64,000 nt of DNA from Dehalococcoidia bacterium (GCA_963667465.2 CAXXDN010000002.1:1312001-1376000); one strand, 5' to 3'; numbered from the stretch's first letter, positions 47,054-60,465 are shown. A program made the numbers and translations. The notes: generated by a model from the sequence alone, not told the origin.

Positions 47054-48556
47054 TTGACGAATCCCGACACCCCGGAGCAGGCCGAGCCGTCGGCCGGCGC
47101 TCCCGCAGCAGTGGCCGAAGCCACACCACCGCCCCAGCCCGAACCGACGCCAGCACCCGCACCCGCTGCCGAGGAAGAGATCCTCGACATGGGCGCACTG
47201 CTCGACGCCGGCGAAGCGCCCGAACCGCGCCAGCTGCGCCGCGGCGAAGTGATCGAAGGCGCCGTCATGAGCATCGAGCGCGACGGCGTCCTGATCGACC
47301 TCGTCGACATCGGCTCCAAGTCCGAGGGCATCGTCCCCGTCCAGGAGATGCACTCGCTCGGCTCCGACCCGCTCTCGCGGCTCAGCATCGGCGAGAAGGT
47401 ACTCGCCTACGTGCAGCAGGCGGAGACCGAGGACGGCCAGGTCCAGCTCTCGATCGACCGCGCGCGCGGCGAACAGGGCTGGCGGATCCTGCAGGATCGC
47501 TTCGAAAGCGGCGAGATCTTCGAGGCGGAGATCACCGGCTTCAACAAGGGCGGCCTGCTCGCCAACGTCGAGGGCGTCAACACCTTCATCCCGATGTCGC
47601 AGGTTGTCGGCGCCAAGCCCGGCAGCGACGGCGCCAACCCGCTCTCCGACCAGGTCGGCCGCGTGCTGCGCATGAAGGTGATCGAGATCAACCGCCGCCG
47701 CAACCGCGCCATCCTCTCCGAGCGCGCCGCCATGCAGGAATGGCGCGCCGAGCAGAAGGAGCGCCTGCTGGGCGAGCTCACGGAGGGCGAAGTCCGTACC
47801 GGCAAGGTCACCTCGATCCGCAACTTCGGCGTCTTCGTCGACCTCGGCGGGGCCGACGGCCTCGCGCACCTCTCCGAGCTCTCCTGGGACCGCAACGCGG
47901 ACCCGGAGCAGCTCTTCAGCATCGGCCAGGAGATCGACGTCTTCGTCATGCGGATCGACCGCGAGAACAAGAAGATCGCGCTCTCCGTGCGCCGCGCCGC
48001 CCCCGAGCAGTGGCAGGACCTGATCGCCCGCTACGAGGTCGGCGACGTGGTGCCGGGCGTCGTCACCAAGGTCGTCGCCTTCGGCGCCTTCACACGCCTG
48101 CCCGGGCCCGTCGAGGGCCTCGCGCACGTCTCGGAGCTGGTCGACCGCCGGATCAACGCCCCCGACGAGATCCTCACCGAGGGCGACGTCGTGCCGCTCA
48201 AGATCGTGCGCATCGAGCACGACCGGCACCGCCTCGGGCTCTCGCTGCGCGAGGGCCGGCAGGAGGCCGAGATCCGCGGCTGGAGCTTCGATGACCACGG
48301 GCGCGTCATGGGCGTCGCCGACGAGGCGCGCGAGGAGTTCCCGAACGAGTGCGCCGCCGTCGAAGAGCGCTACACCGCGCGCCAGGCCGAGGCCGACGCG
48401 GAGCGCGAGGCTCGCTCCGAGGAGCGCAGCCGCCGCGGTGGCGGCGCCGACCAGGGCGCCCCGCGCCGCCCCGAGGCCCCGCCGATGACCGCGATGGCTG
48501 CTGCCATGAAGCAGGCGCAGGAGGAGCTCGCCTCCCAGGAGTCCACAGAGGACTAG
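47054..48556 (+). CDS. rpsA: 30S ribosomal protein S1 (four S1 domains)
   Basis: DIGSKSEG, NKGGLL, FGVFVDLGGADGLAHLSELSW, EGLAHVSEL; TTG start after AGGAGG. Confidence 0.93.
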   Translation: MTNPDTPEQAEPSAGAPAAVAEATPPPQPEPTPAPAPAAEEEILDMGALLDAGEAPEPRQLRRGEVIEGAVMSIERDGVLIDLVDIGSKSEGIVPVQEMHSLGSDPLSRLSIGEKVLAYVQQAETEDGQVQLSIDRARGEQGWRILQDRFESGEIFEAEITGFNKGGLLANVEGVNTFIPMSQVVGAKPGSDGANPLSDQVGRVLRMKVIEINRRRNRAILSERAAMQEWRAEQKERLLGELTEGEVRTGKVTSIRNFGVFVDLGGADGLAHLSELSWDRNADPEQLFSIGQEIDVFVMRIDRENKKIALSVRRAAPEQWQDLIARYEVGDVVPGVVTKVVAFGAFTRLPGPVEGLAHVSELVDRRINAPDEILTEGDVVPLKIVRIEHDRHRLGLSLREGRQEAEIRGWSFDDHGRVMGVADEAREEFPNECAAVEERYTARQAEADAEREARSEERSRRGGGADQGAPRRPEAPPMTAMAAAMKQAQEELASQESTED

Positions 48557-48719
48557 CGCCACGCAGCCGGCGTCCTCGCAGCAAACAACACCGGCCGGTC
48601 CGCGAACCGGCCGGTAGCGAGCGTGACCGGCGATAGACGTAAGCGTACGGCCGCGGCGTCCAGCCTCGAACGCCGCTCGGGGCCGTGGTAGCCTTAATGC
48701 GCACGACGGGAGTGGCGGA

Positions 48720-51248
48720 ATGGCGGACCGGTTCGACAAATTCACCGAACGGGCCCGCCGTGTGCTCACCCTCGCCCAAGAGGAAGCGCAACGCTTCAAC
48801 CACAACTACATCGGCACCGAGCACCTGCTGCTGGGCCTCGTCCGCGAGGGCGACGGCGTGGCAGCCAAGGTGCTCTCCAACCTCGGCGTGGAGCTCAACA
48901 AGGTGCGCTCCGCCGTCGAGTTCATCATCGGTCGCGGCGATCGCACGACCAGCGGCGAGATCGGCCTGACCCCCCGCGCCAAGCGCGTGATCGAGCTGGC
49001 CGTCGACGAGGCGCGCCGCCTCAACCACTCCTACATCGGCACCGAACACCTGCTGCTCGGCCTCGTCCGCGAGGGCGAAGGCATCGCGGCGGGCGTACTC
49101 GAGAGCCTCGGCGTGAACCTCGAGCGGGTGCGCGGCGAGACCACTCGCATCCTCGCGCAGACGCAGCCGCAGGGCGCTGCGGCGGCCGGCTCCGGCGGCC
49201 GCCAGTCGGCGCGCACGCCGACGCTCGACCAACTCGGCGTGGACCTCACCGCCGCCGCGCGCAGCAGCCAGCTCGACCCCGTGATCGGCCGCGAGCTGGA
49301 GATCGAGCGCGTCGTACAGATCCTCTCGCGCCGTACCAAGAACAACCCCGTGCTGATCGGCGAACCGGGCGTCGGCAAGACCTCGATCGCCGAGGGCCTG
49401 GCGCATCGCATCGTGCAGGGCGACGCGCCCGAGACGCTGCTTGGCAAGCGCATGCTCACGCTCGACATCGGCTCGCTCGTCGCCGGCACCAAGTACCGCG
49501 GCGAGTTCGAGGAGCGCCTCAAGAAGGTGATCGAAGAGATCCGCTCCGCGAAGAACTGCATCCTCTTCATCGACGAGCTGCACATGCTCGTCGGGGCCGG
49601 CGCCGCCGAGGGCGCCGTCGACGCCGCTAACATCCTCAAGCCCGCACTCGCCCGCGGCGAGTTGCAGGCGATCGGCGCGACGACCCTCGACGAGTACCGC
49701 AAGCACATCGAGCGCGACGCCGCGCTCGAGCGCCGCTTCCAGCCGGTGCGTGTCGACGAGCCCTCGACCGAGGAGACCGTCGAGATCCTCAAGGGCATCC
49801 GCGGGGCGTACGAGGAGCACCACAAGCTGCGCATCAGCGACGACGCGATCAAGGCCGCCGCCGAGCTGTCCGCACGCTACGTCTCCGACCGCTTCCTGCC
49901 GGACAAGGCGATCGACCTGATCGACGAGGCTTCGGCGCGCGTGCGCATTCGCCGCCACTCGACGCCGCCCTCCGTCCGCGACGCCACGAAGGGCCTTGAT
50001 GCGCTGCGCCGCGAGAAGGACCAGGCGATCGGCAGCCAGCAGTACGAGTACGCCGCCGAGCTGCGCGAGCGCGAGGTGCGCCTCCAGGCCAAACTTGAGG
50101 AGCTCGAGCAGGAGGTCCAGACCGAGCGCGAGAGCAGCGAGCTGATGGTCGGCGACGAGGACATCCGCGATGTCGTCTCGATGTGGACCGGCATCCCGCT
50201 GACCCGCATCGCCTCCGAGGAGACCGCGCGCCTGATCGAGATGGAGCAGTTCCTCCGCGACCGCGTGATCGGGCAGGACGAGGCGATCGGCGCCGTCGCG
50301 AAGGCCGTGCGCCGGGCGCGGGCGGGGCTCAAGAACCCGAAGCGCCCGATCGGCGTGTTCATGTTCCTCGGGCCGACCGGGGTGGGGAAAACCTACCTCG
50401 CCGAGACGCTCGCCGAGTTCATGTTCGGCTCGAAGGACAACATCGTCCGCCTCGACATGTCCGAGTTCATGGAGAAACACACCGTCTCGCGGCTCGTCGG
50501 TTCGCCACCCGGCTACGTCGGCTACGACGACGGCGGGCAGCTGACGGACCTGGTGCGGCGGCGCAGCTACTGCCTGATCCTCCTCGATGAGATCGAGAAG
50601 GCGCACCCGGACGTCTACAACATGCTGCTCCAGATCTTCGACGACGGGCACCTGTCCGACGCCAAGGGCCGCAAGGTGGACTTCCGCAACACCATCATCA
50701 TCCAGACCTCGAACGTCGGCTCCGACCTGATCCGCAAGGACAGCCGCTTCGGCTTCAACACGGCGACCGACGACGCCAAGACCGCCGAGCAGATGTACGA
50801 GCGGATGAAGGACAAGGTCACCGAGGAGATGAAGCGCGTCTTCCGGCCCGAGTTCCTCAACCGCATCGACCAGTCCGTCGTCTTCCACGCGCTCCAGGAG
50901 GAGCACATTCGAGAGATCGTGGACCTCGAACTGAAGGACGTGCGGGACAACCTCCGCGAGAAGGAGATCACGATCGAGGTCAGCAAGGCGCTGCTCGACT
51001 ACCTCGGCGAGAAGGGCTTCGACCCGGTCTTCGGCGCACGCCCGCTGCGTCGCGTCATCCAGAACGAGGTCGAAGATCGCCTCTCCGACGCACTCCTCGA
51101 AGGAGAGTTCTCCGAGGGCGCCACGATCCGCCTCGACTACGTCGACGGCGAGGTCACGGCGGAGCAGATCGCCAGCGCCCCCCCGCCGGAGCCTCCGCCG
51201 GAGCCCCCGGCGGAGGAGGAGGAGCAGGAGCCCGTCCTCACACCCTGA
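48720..51248 (+). CDS. clpC: ATP-dependent Clp protease ATP-binding subunit ClpC
   Basis: Two Clp-N repeats, [11 protein letters not shown] domain, [15 protein letters not shown]. Confidence 0.96.
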   Translation: MADRFDKFTERARRVLTLAQEEAQRFNHNYIGTEHLLLGLVREGDGVAAKVLSNLGVELNKVRSAVEFIIGRGDRTTSGEIGLTPRAKRVIELAVDEARRLNHSYIGTEHLLLGLVREGEGIAAGVLESLGVNLERVRGETTRILAQTQPQGAAAAGSGGRQSARTPTLDQLGVDLTAAARSSQLDPVIGRELEIERVVQILSRRTKNNPVLIGEPGVGKTSIAEGLAHRIVQGDAPETLLGKRMLTLDIGSLVAGTKYRGEFEERLKKVIEEIRSAKNCILFIDELHMLVGAGAAEGAVDAANILKPALARGELQAIGATTLDEYRKHIERDAALERRFQPVRVDEPSTEETVEILKGIRGAYEEHHKLRISDDAIKAAAELSARYVSDRFLPDKAIDLIDEASARVRIRRHSTPPSVRDATKGLDALRREKDQAIGSQQYEYAAELREREVRLQAKLEELEQEVQTERESSELMVGDEDIRDVVSMWTGIPLTRIASEETARLIEMEQFLRDRVIGQDEAIGAVAKAVRRARAGLKNPKRPIGVFMFLGPTGVGKTYLAETLAEFMFGSKDNIVRLDMSEFMEKHTVSRLVGSPPGYVGYDDGGQLTDLVRRRSYCLILLDEIEKAHPDVYNMLLQIFDDGHLSDAKGRKVDFRNTIIIQTSNVGSDLIRKDSRFGFNTATDDAKTAEQMYERMKDKVTEEMKRVFRPEFLNRIDQSVVFHALQEEHIREIVDLELKDVRDNLREKEITIEVSKALLDYLGEKGFDPVFGARPLRRVIQNEVEDRLSDALLEGEFSEGATIRLDYVDGEVTAEQIASAPPPEPPPEPPAEEEEQEPVLTP

Positions 51249-51271
51249 CTCCTCGCCTGAGTTCGCATACA

Positions 51272-51298
51272 CGAGGGCCGCCCGCTGGGCGGCCCTCG
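51272..51298. terminator. Hairpin after clpC
   Basis: CGAGGGCCGCCC-GCT-GGGCGGCCCTCG. Confidence 0.6.
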
Positions 51299-51399
51299 CT
51301 TCGTCCCCATCCCCCGCGCGCGTTGCGTCCGATGCCTGATGGAAGCCTTCCGCCGCGCCGCTACCGGCGCTCCGCGACCCAGGCAGCGACCCGCCCGCC

Positions 51400-51807
51400 G
51401 CGCCTCCTCCTGCCGCCCGGCGAGCGGTACGCCGCCGGCCAACGCGATCCAGTGGTACTCGAAGCGCAGCCCCCGTTCGCTCGCGAAGCCGCGATGTTCG
51501 AAGCGCCAGGAGTCCGGCGGCGGCATCCCGGGCGTCGTCGCGAAGCAGTGCCAGCGCTGCGGCCCGGGCGTAGCCGAGCCCGGTACGTCCTCGTGATCGA
51601 GCGTCGCGGCCGCCTCCCAGCCCTCGACGGCGAGGCCGTTCTCCTCGAGCACCTCGCGCGCGACAGCCGCGAGCGGGGGCTCGGCGCGCGCCACCGTGCC
51701 GCCCGGAACCTGCAGTCCCGCCTCGGGCTGTTCGGCGTGCTCCAACACCAGCAACTCGAGGCCCGCTGCGCGCTCACGCAGCACGCACCCGTACGCCTTC
51801 TCGTCAT
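51400..51807 (-). pseudogene. NUDIX hydrolase, probably decayed (3' end approximate)
   Basis: Nudix box GGTVARAEPPLAAVAREVLEENGL; the ATG at 51807 is out of frame with EKAYGCVLR; no stop until inside clpC. Confidence 0.6.
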
Positions 51808-51823
51808 GGTCGCGGCCGCCGCG

Positions 51824-52981
51824 TCAGCGCTCCCGTGACCTCGCCTCGCCCGGACCTGGCGGCTCACCGAGGGGCAGGCGCGGCAGGGCGCGATGGGCGT
51901 AGATGCTCTGCAGCAGGCCGACGGCGAGGAAGGTTGCGATCAGCGAAGTACCGCCCTGGGAGATGAACGGCAACGGCAGGCCCGTCGCCGGGAAGAGGCG
52001 CACGTTCACCGCCATGTTGAGGATCGCCTGGCCCAGCAGCAGGGCGGTCAGCCCGGCCGCCAGCAGCCTCCCGAACGTGTCCGGTGCGTGGCGTGCGGCC
52101 TCGAACCCCCGCCAGCCAAGCAGCGCGAACAGCACGACCACGGTCAGCGTCCCGATCAGCCCCAGCTCCTCGCCGATCAGCGCGAACACGAAGTCGCTCG
52201 AACGCGCGAGGATGCCGTAGAGGTGCGACTCGCTGCCCCCGAACAGCCCGCTGCCGGTGGCGCCGCCCTCGGCGAGCGCGGTCTCTGCCTGGCGCAGGGT
52301 GTAGCCGGTCCCGAGCGGATCGCGCTCGGGGTTGAGGAACACCGCGATGCGTTCGCGCTGGTAGTCCGGAACCGCCAGCGCGTAGAGCAGCGGCATCACC
52401 CCCGCCAGTGTGGCAAACAGCCCGCCGAGCGTGCGCAGCGGCGCGCCCCAGACCAGGACCACGGCAAGCCAGCCGACGATCAGCACCAGCGTCGTGCCCG
52501 TGTCCGGCTGCGCCAGCACCGGCAGCGTCAGCGCTCCGAGCAGCCCGAGCGTGAACAGCAGGGCCGGAAGCCGCGGCGTCCTCGCGCTCGCGTACGAGGC
52601 GAGCGCGAGCACCAGCGCCAGCTTCGCCAGCTCCGAGGGCTGGAACGTGGCGCCCCCCACGTTGAGCCAGCGCCGCGCTCCGTACTCCGTCTCTCCGGCT
52701 ACGGCGGCGAGCAAGAGCAGCGCTATCGCGAGCAGGTAGAGCGCGGCGCTTCCCTGCCGCAGCAGCCGGTAGTCGAATCGCGCCGCGAAGACCATCGCCC
52801 CCATTCCCACAACGACGATCACCGCCTGGCGCAGGGCGGCAGGGGTCAGCAGCGGATGCGGCGGCTCGGCGAGGGTGGCCGAGTACACGCTGACCAGGCC
52901 CAACGAGGCGAGCACGAAGACGGCGGCCCAGAGCGAGACATCGCTGCGCTGGAGCGGTCCGGTCAGCGCTTCGCGGATCAT
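51824..52981 (-). CDS. rodA: Rod shape-determining protein RodA (SEDS)
   Basis: GARRWL, FQPSELAK, QPDTGT, SDFVFALIGEELG, TGLPLPFISQGG. Confidence 0.92.
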   Translation of the reverse strand: MIREALTGPLQRSDVSLWAAVFVLASLGLVSVYSATLAEPPHPLLTPAALRQAVIVVVGMGAMVFAARFDYRLLRQGSAALYLLAIALLLLAAVAGETEYGARRWLNVGGATFQPSELAKLALVLALASYASARTPRLPALLFTLGLLGALTLPVLAQPDTGTTLVLIVGWLAVVLVWGAPLRTLGGLFATLAGVMPLLYALAVPDYQRERIAVFLNPERDPLGTGYTLRQAETALAEGGATGSGLFGGSESHLYGILARSSDFVFALIGEELGLIGTLTVVVLFALLGWRGFEAARHAPDTFGRLLAAGLTALLLGQAILNMAVNVRLFPATGLPLPFISQGGTSLIATFLAVGLLQSIYAHRALPRLPLGEPPGPGEARSRER

Positions 52982-54933
52982 GGCTGCGCCCTCCCGACCG
53001 TGGCCGCCTGAGTCCCGTACCACTCATCCTCCGGGCTCACGTCCGTGCTGAAGTAGGCCGTGAGGATCTCCTTCGCGACCGGCCCGGCGTGCGTCGCGCC
53101 GACGCCATACTCGAGGTAGACGACAATCGCGACCTCGGGCTCGTCGTACGGCGCGAAGCCGCTGTACCAGCCGTGGGAGGCAAGCAAACCTTCGGCGTTC
53201 CTCTGGCCGAACTCGGCCGTACCGGTCTTGCCGCCGATCTCAATGCCCGCGGGCTCGCCGCGAAGCGCCGTCCCGCCCTCGTCGGCGGCTCGGCGCAGCG
53301 CCTCGCGGACCACTTCCAGGTGCCTGGCGTCGACGGGCACGGTGCCCGCGACCTGGCGCTCGAGCGGCACCATGCCGTCGAGGGTCCGTATCGCGCTCGC
53401 GACGCGGGGTACGAGCAGGTCGCCGCCGTTGGCGAGCGCGGCCGTCGCGACCGCCATCTGCAGCGGCGTGACTTCGAGGTAGCCCTGCCCGATCCCCAGG
53501 TTGTAGCTGTCGCCCAGCACCCACGGCTCGCCGATCACCTCTTCCTTCCAGGAAGCATCCGGGACGAGACCGGACGATTCGCCCGGGAGGTCCAGACCGG
53601 TCGGCGCTCCGAACCCGAACGCCCGCGCGTACTCGGCCACGCGCCCCACCCCCAGACCCTCGAACACCTCGCCGTCCTGGTCGTAGCCGCCGGCGAGGTA
53701 GTAGTAGTAGACGTCCGAGGAGCGCGTCAGTCCCGTGTAGAAGTCCAGCAGCCCGTGCGGCGCCCAGTCCCGGAACGTGTAGACGACCTCGGGGTCATAG
53801 ATGGAGCGGATCTGCAGGGCGCCGCTGCTGAAAATCCGGGTCGTGGGAGTGGCGACACCCTCCTGCAGTGCCGCCGCCCCGACGAACGGCTTGAAGATCG
53901 AGCCGGGCGCCGGCGCCTCCATGTAGGCGCGATGCACCAGCGGGCGGGCCGGGTCGTTCAGCAACGCGGCGATATCCTCGCCGCGGTTGTGCCAGGCGAA
54001 GGCGCTCGCGTCGTACGAGGGGTAGGTGGCCAGCGCCAGCAACTCGCCGCTGCGCACGTCCAGCAGCACCGCCGCTCCGGAGCGGGCGAGGTCCTCCGGG
54101 TTGCGGTTCTCGACATTGACGGCGTAATCGATGCCCTGCTCGATGCCCTTGCGGAGCGCTGCCGTCGCCGCGCGCTGCAGCTCCGAGTCGATGCTCAGCA
54201 CCAGGTCCACGCCGCCGCGCGCCGGGTCGGCGCCAAGGCTGCGCAGCTCGCGGCCGACGGGGTCCGAGATCACCAGCCGCTGCCCGTCCTCGCCACGCAG
54301 CTCGGACTCGTAGCTCAGCTCCACGCCCGCGCGCCCCACCTGCGCGTCGAGGCGGTATCCGTCCGCGAGGTAGGTTTCAGCCTGCTCGGCGGTGATCGGC
54401 CCCACGTAGCCGATCATGTGCGCCAGCAGGTCGCCGCCACCGTAGACGCGCCGGGGCGCCGTGCGCACCCGCGCGGCGGGCACGTCCGCAAGCGCGGCGC
54501 GCAGCGCGATCGCCTCCTCGCGGTCGAAGCCCTCGCGCAGCGTCAACGGTGCGAACGGATCGATCCCCGCGAGCGGCTGGGCGAGCGCGTCCTCGATCGC
54601 GGAGCGGGGCGCCAGGCCGATGCGCTCGATGGCGCGCAGCGCGTCCAGGCGCTCCGCAGGGTCGGCCGGCAGGTCGCCGGGCACGAGCGCCAGGGAGAAC
54701 GTGGCCACGTTGTACGCGAGGATCGAGCCGCGCCGATCGGTGATCAGTCCGCGCAGCGGCTCCACCGGGATGCTCCGTACGAACTCCCCGCTGACGGCGG
54801 CCTGTGGCGCATTCCGTGAAGCGGCGAGGGCGGGTACCTCGCCGTAGAGCTGGAGGCGGACGAGCTGCACGGCGAGCACCAGCAGCAACAGCGCGCCGAC
54901 GGCCTGTAGTGCCAACAGGCGCTGGTGGTTCAT
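52978..54933 (-). CDS. mrdA: Penicillin-binding protein 2
   Basis: RGLITDR, PGSIFK (SxxK), SSD, KTGTAE. Confidence 0.93.
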   Translation of the reverse strand: MNHQRLLALQAVGALLLLVLAVQLVRLQLYGEVPALAASRNAPQAAVSGEFVRSIPVEPLRGLITDRRGSILAYNVATFSLALVPGDLPADPAERLDALRAIERIGLAPRSAIEDALAQPLAGIDPFAPLTLREGFDREEAIALRAALADVPAARVRTAPRRVYGGGDLLAHMIGYVGPITAEQAETYLADGYRLDAQVGRAGVELSYESELRGEDGQRLVISDPVGRELRSLGADPARGGVDLVLSIDSELQRAATAALRKGIEQGIDYAVNVENRNPEDLARSGAAVLLDVRSGELLALATYPSYDASAFAWHNRGEDIAALLNDPARPLVHRAYMEAPAPGSIFKPFVGAAALQEGVATPTTRIFSSGALQIRSIYDPEVVYTFRDWAPHGLLDFYTGLTRSSDVYYYYLAGGYDQDGEVFEGLGVGRVAEYARAFGFGAPTGLDLPGESSGLVPDASWKEEVIGEPWVLGDSYNLGIGQGYLEVTPLQMAVATAALANGGDLLVPRVASAIRTLDGMVPLERQVAGTVPVDARHLEVVREALRRAADEGGTALRGEPAGIEIGGKTGTAEFGQRNAEGLLASHGWYSGFAPYDEPEVAIVVYLEYGVGATHAGPVAKEILTAYFSTDVSPEDEWYGTQAATVGRAQP

Positions 54934-55475
54934 TCGAACAACCTCCACGGCGCGTCGCTATCGACGGCCGGTCGCCAGCGTAGCGCCCACCCGCCGCCGG
55001 CGAGGACGACCGCGAGCACAAGAGCGGCCGCGGCGGTCCAGGTTACCCCCTCGAACAGCTGGTTCTGCTGATCGGCGGAGAGCGCGCCGAGACCGCTCGA
55101 GAAGCGCATCAGCGCCTGGAACGCGACGGCGCCGAGCGCCGCCGCCACGGGCGCCAGCAGCAGTCGCTCCCAGCGGCGCAAGGCGGTGGCGGGGATCAGC
55201 AGCGCCGCGGTGGGGAGCATCGCAAGCAGGAACCAGCCCGCGCGCTCCTCAGAGGCGACGCCCAGCACGATCGCGGCGAGAATCGTCGCGGCGATGACCT
55301 CGCCGAAGCCGCGCGCGGCGCCCCAGCCCGCGATCAGGACCAGCGGCAACACGGGCGCAGCCAGCGGTTGATCGATCCAGATCGGCGTCGACCCGAGTTG
55401 CAGCAGCGCCGCGCCAACGCCGAGCAGCGTGGCCACGCAGGCGAACGCGAGCCGGAACAGCAGAATCCCGGTCAT
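54930..55475 (-). CDS. mreD: MreD-like membrane protein
   Basis: Polytopic membrane protein between mreC and mrdA; the call rests mainly on synteny. Confidence 0.7.
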   Translation of the reverse strand: MTGILLFRLAFACVATLLGVGAALLQLGSTPIWIDQPLAAPVLPLVLIAGWGAARGFGEVIAATILAAIVLGVASEERAGWFLLAMLPTAALLIPATALRRWERLLLAPVAAALGAVAFQALMRFSSGLGALSADQQNQLFEGVTWTAAAALVLAVVLAGGGWALRWRPAVDSDAPWRLFE

Positions 55476-55479
55476 GGTG

Positions 55480-56313
55480 TCACTTGTCCGTCCCCGTCGC
55501 CGACGCCGTCCGCGATTGCTCCGTGATCACGAGCACGTGATCGAGCCGGTCGTACGTCGCGAGCGGTTCGACCCGGATGTCGGCGAACAGGTCCTGCCCG
55601 CTGCGGTCCACCTCCGTCACGAGGCCGGCGAGCAGTCCGCCTGGCAGCCCGCCGATCAGCGCCGAGGTCATCACGAGGTCGCCCTCGCTGATCGGCGCCG
55701 CGATCGGTGCGAACTCGAGCCGCAGGCCCTCGCGGCTACCGGTGAGCGCGGTCTGCGTTCGCGTGGACTGCACGACCGCGGCGATCGCGGATTGCGGATC
55801 GCTCAGCAGCCGCACACGCGCGCGCTGGTCCTGCACAGAGGACACGACCCCGATCAGCGTGGCGCCGCTGCCGAGTACGGCCTGCCCCTTGCGCACGCCG
55901 TCGCGCGCGCCCCGGTCGATCACGATCACGTCGCGGCCGGGCGCCGGATCGCGCAGCACGACCACAGCGGCGAGCGTGGAGCCGACATCCTCGGCGCCCG
56001 CGGCGGCCCGCAGATCGGCCAGTTGCCCGCTCGTGATGACGGACTCGCGGAGCCTCGCGTTCTCGCCCTCGAGGCGGGCGATCTGCTGACGCAGCGCGGC
56101 GTTCTCGCTGCTCAGCTCCTGCACGCGGCCGCCGTGCTGGGCGGCGTCGGAGATGCTGCGGGCGATGTTGGTGGCGGCCCCGATGAACGGCGCGACGATC
56201 AGGCCGCCGCGCTCCTCGATTCCCGCGGCGCCCTGCGCCCGCGAGCCCGCGAGCAGGGCGCCTGCCAGCGTCAGGAGTGCGATCAGCCAGAAGGCGTGGC
56301 GTAGAACGGCCAC
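55480..56313 (-). CDS. mreC: Rod shape-determining protein MreC
   Basis: Coiled coil ENAALR; IDRGARDGV; GDLVMTSALIGGLPGGL. Confidence 0.9.
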   Translation of the reverse strand: MAVLRHAFWLIALLTLAGALLAGSRAQGAAGIEERGGLIVAPFIGAATNIARSISDAAQHGGRVQELSSENAALRQQIARLEGENARLRESVITSGQLADLRAAAGAEDVGSTLAAVVVLRDPAPGRDVIVIDRGARDGVRKGQAVLGSGATLIGVVSSVQDQRARVRLLSDPQSAIAAVVQSTRTQTALTGSREGLRLEFAPIAAPISEGDLVMTSALIGGLPGGLLAGLVTEVDRSGQDLFADIRVEPLATYDRLDHVLVITEQSRTASATGTDK

Positions 56314-56468
56314 GAGTGCGCCCTCCGCACGATCCGATCAGTGTTGAGGAGTCCGGACCGCGCCGAGATCAGATCGTCAGCTGCGGCAGATACGTGGTGT
56401 CGGCGCCTGTCCACCCGGCCATTCCGAGTCTAGCAGATCGCGCCCCTGGCCCGTCCCGCCGGTGCTCG

Positions 56469-57533
56469 CTACCGCACCGGCCGGCGCTGGCTGATCCGCG
56501 CCTGTACCTTGCGCAGCGTCTCGGCTTCCTCGAGGGTCTCGGCGCAGCCGCGCACGACCGAGCGGAGCGGGTCCTGGGCCACGTAGGTGGGGTAGCGCGT
56601 CTCGGCGGAGATTCGCCGATCGAGACCGCGCAGCATCGCGCCCCCGCCCGCCATCGCGATGCCATGCAGCATCAGGTCTGCAACCAGCTCGGGCGGCGTC
56701 TGCTCGATCGTCGCCTGCACCGCGTGGACGATCTCGCTCGTGATCGGCGAGAGCGCGTCCCGCACCTCGACCGTCGAGACCTCCACGGACTTCGGCAGCC
56801 CGGTCGCGAGGTCGCGCCCCCGCAGGTCGACGCGACCTTCATCCTCGAGCGGGTAGGCGGAACCGGCCTCGATCTTGACCGACTCGGCGCTGCGTTCGCC
56901 GATCAGCATGTTGTGGACCTGCCGCGCGTACTGCATCAGCGCGTGGTCCATCGCGTCCCCCGCTGCCCGCACCGACGTCGAGACCACGATGCCGCCGAGG
57001 GCGATCACGGCGACCTCGGTGGTGCCGCCGCCGATGTCGACGATCATCTGACCGGCGGGGTTCATGACCGGCAGCTTCGATCCGATCGCGGAGGCCATCG
57101 GCTCCTCGATCAGGAAGCAGGAGCGTGCGCTGGCGGCGATCGCCGCGTCATGGACGGCGCGCTTCTCCACCTCGGTCGCGCCGGACGGAATGCCGACCAC
57201 CACGCGCGGCTTCGGGATGCCGATCCCGAAGCGCTCGTGCACCTGGCGGATGAAGTGCTGAAGCATCCGCTCCGTCACCGAGAAGTCGGAGATCACGCCG
57301 TCGCGCAGCGGCCGCACCGCTACGATCGTCGAGGGCGTGCGCCCGACCATCAGCTTCGCCTCGTCGCCAATCGCGAGCACGCGCTTCGACACCGTGTCGA
57401 TCGCGACCACGGACGGCTCGTCGACCACGATGCCGCGCCCGCGCACGGAAACCAGTGTGTTGGCGGTGCCGAGGTCGATGCCGATGTCGTGCGAGAAGAT
57501 GCCGAGGAAGCTCGACAACGGGTTGAAGGCCAC
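56469..57533 (-). CDS. mreB: Rod shape-determining protein MreB
   Basis: IGIDLGTANT, EPSVVA, RPLRDGVI, DIGGGTTEVA; probable GTG start at 57533. Confidence 0.96.
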   Translation of the reverse strand: MAFNPLSSFLGIFSHDIGIDLGTANTLVSVRGRGIVVDEPSVVAIDTVSKRVLAIGDEAKLMVGRTPSTIVAVRPLRDGVISDFSVTERMLQHFIRQVHERFGIGIPKPRVVVGIPSGATEVEKRAVHDAAIAASARSCFLIEEPMASAIGSKLPVMNPAGQMIVDIGGGTTEVAVIALGGIVVSTSVRAAGDAMDHALMQYARQVHNMLIGERSAESVKIEAGSAYPLEDEGRVDLRGRDLATGLPKSVEVSTVEVRDALSPITSEIVHAVQATIEQTPPELVADLMLHGIAMAGGGAMLRGLDRRISAETRYPTYVAQDPLRSVVRGCAETLEEAETLRKVQARISQRRPVR

Positions 57534-57686
57534 GAGGGGTCCCCTTTTCGCGGCGTTCATCCCGAATGTGCCAACGCGCGCTCTCCCCGCGCGTTGCGAG
57601 GGGAGCGGCCAGCGGGGCCCCGCCGCAGGCGCCCGCAGCCTCAGTATAGCCATACGCGGCGCGCCTTGTGGACAAGTCGTCGGGGA

Positions 57687-59765
<2,079 letters not shown>

Positions 59766-59802
59766 CTAGAATCGGATCAGCTGCACTGAGGAGACCCGGA
59801 AC

Positions 59803-60465
59803 TTGGCCGAGGTCGTCATTGTCGATTACGGGGCGGGCAACCTGCGCAGCGTCGCGCGGGCGGTTCGCCACGCCGGTATCGAGCCCGTCGTCACCTCCGA
59901 CCCCGAGGCCGTGGACGCTGCCCGCGCGCTGATCCTCCCCGGCGTCGGCGCCGCCGCGGACACGATGGCCAACCTGCGCCGCACGAACCTCGTCGAGCCG
60001 CTCCGCGAGTACATCGCCGCCGACCGTCCCTTCCTCGGCGTCTGCATGGGCATGCAGGCGCTCTTCGACATTTCCGAGGAGGGCGGCGAGCATGAGTGCC
60101 TCGGCGTGCTGCCAGGGCGCATCGTGCGCTTCCCCGGAGGGCTGACCGTCCCGCACATGGGCTGGAACACCTTGCGCTTCACGCGCCCGCACCCGGTCCT
60201 CGAGGGCGTCGACGACGGCGCGTACGCCTACTTCGTGCATTCCTACTACCCGCGCCCTGACGATCCCGCGCTGACGATCGCCAGCACCGAGCACGGCGTG
60301 CCGTTCGCCTCGATCGTCGGGCGGGGCAACCTGATCGCGACGCAGTTCCACCCGGAGAAGTCCGGCGCGGACGGCCTGCGGCTCTACGACAACTTCCTGC
60401 GGCTCGCACTCAACGGCGGCTCGATCGCGCCCGCAGCGGCAGCCGCCAGCGGAGGGAGCGCCTGA
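59803..60465 (+). CDS. hisH: Imidazole glycerol phosphate synthase glutaminase subunit
   Basis: DYGAGNL, LPGVG, GVCMGMQ, PHMGWN, QFHPEKS. Confidence 0.96.
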   Translation: MAEVVIVDYGAGNLRSVARAVRHAGIEPVVTSDPEAVDAARALILPGVGAAADTMANLRRTNLVEPLREYIAADRPFLGVCMGMQALFDISEEGGEHECLGVLPGRIVRFPGGLTVPHMGWNTLRFTRPHPVLEGVDDGAYAYFVHSYYPRPDDPALTIASTEHGVPFASIVGRGNLIATQFHPEKSGADGLRLYDNFLRLALNGGSIAPAAAAASGGSA

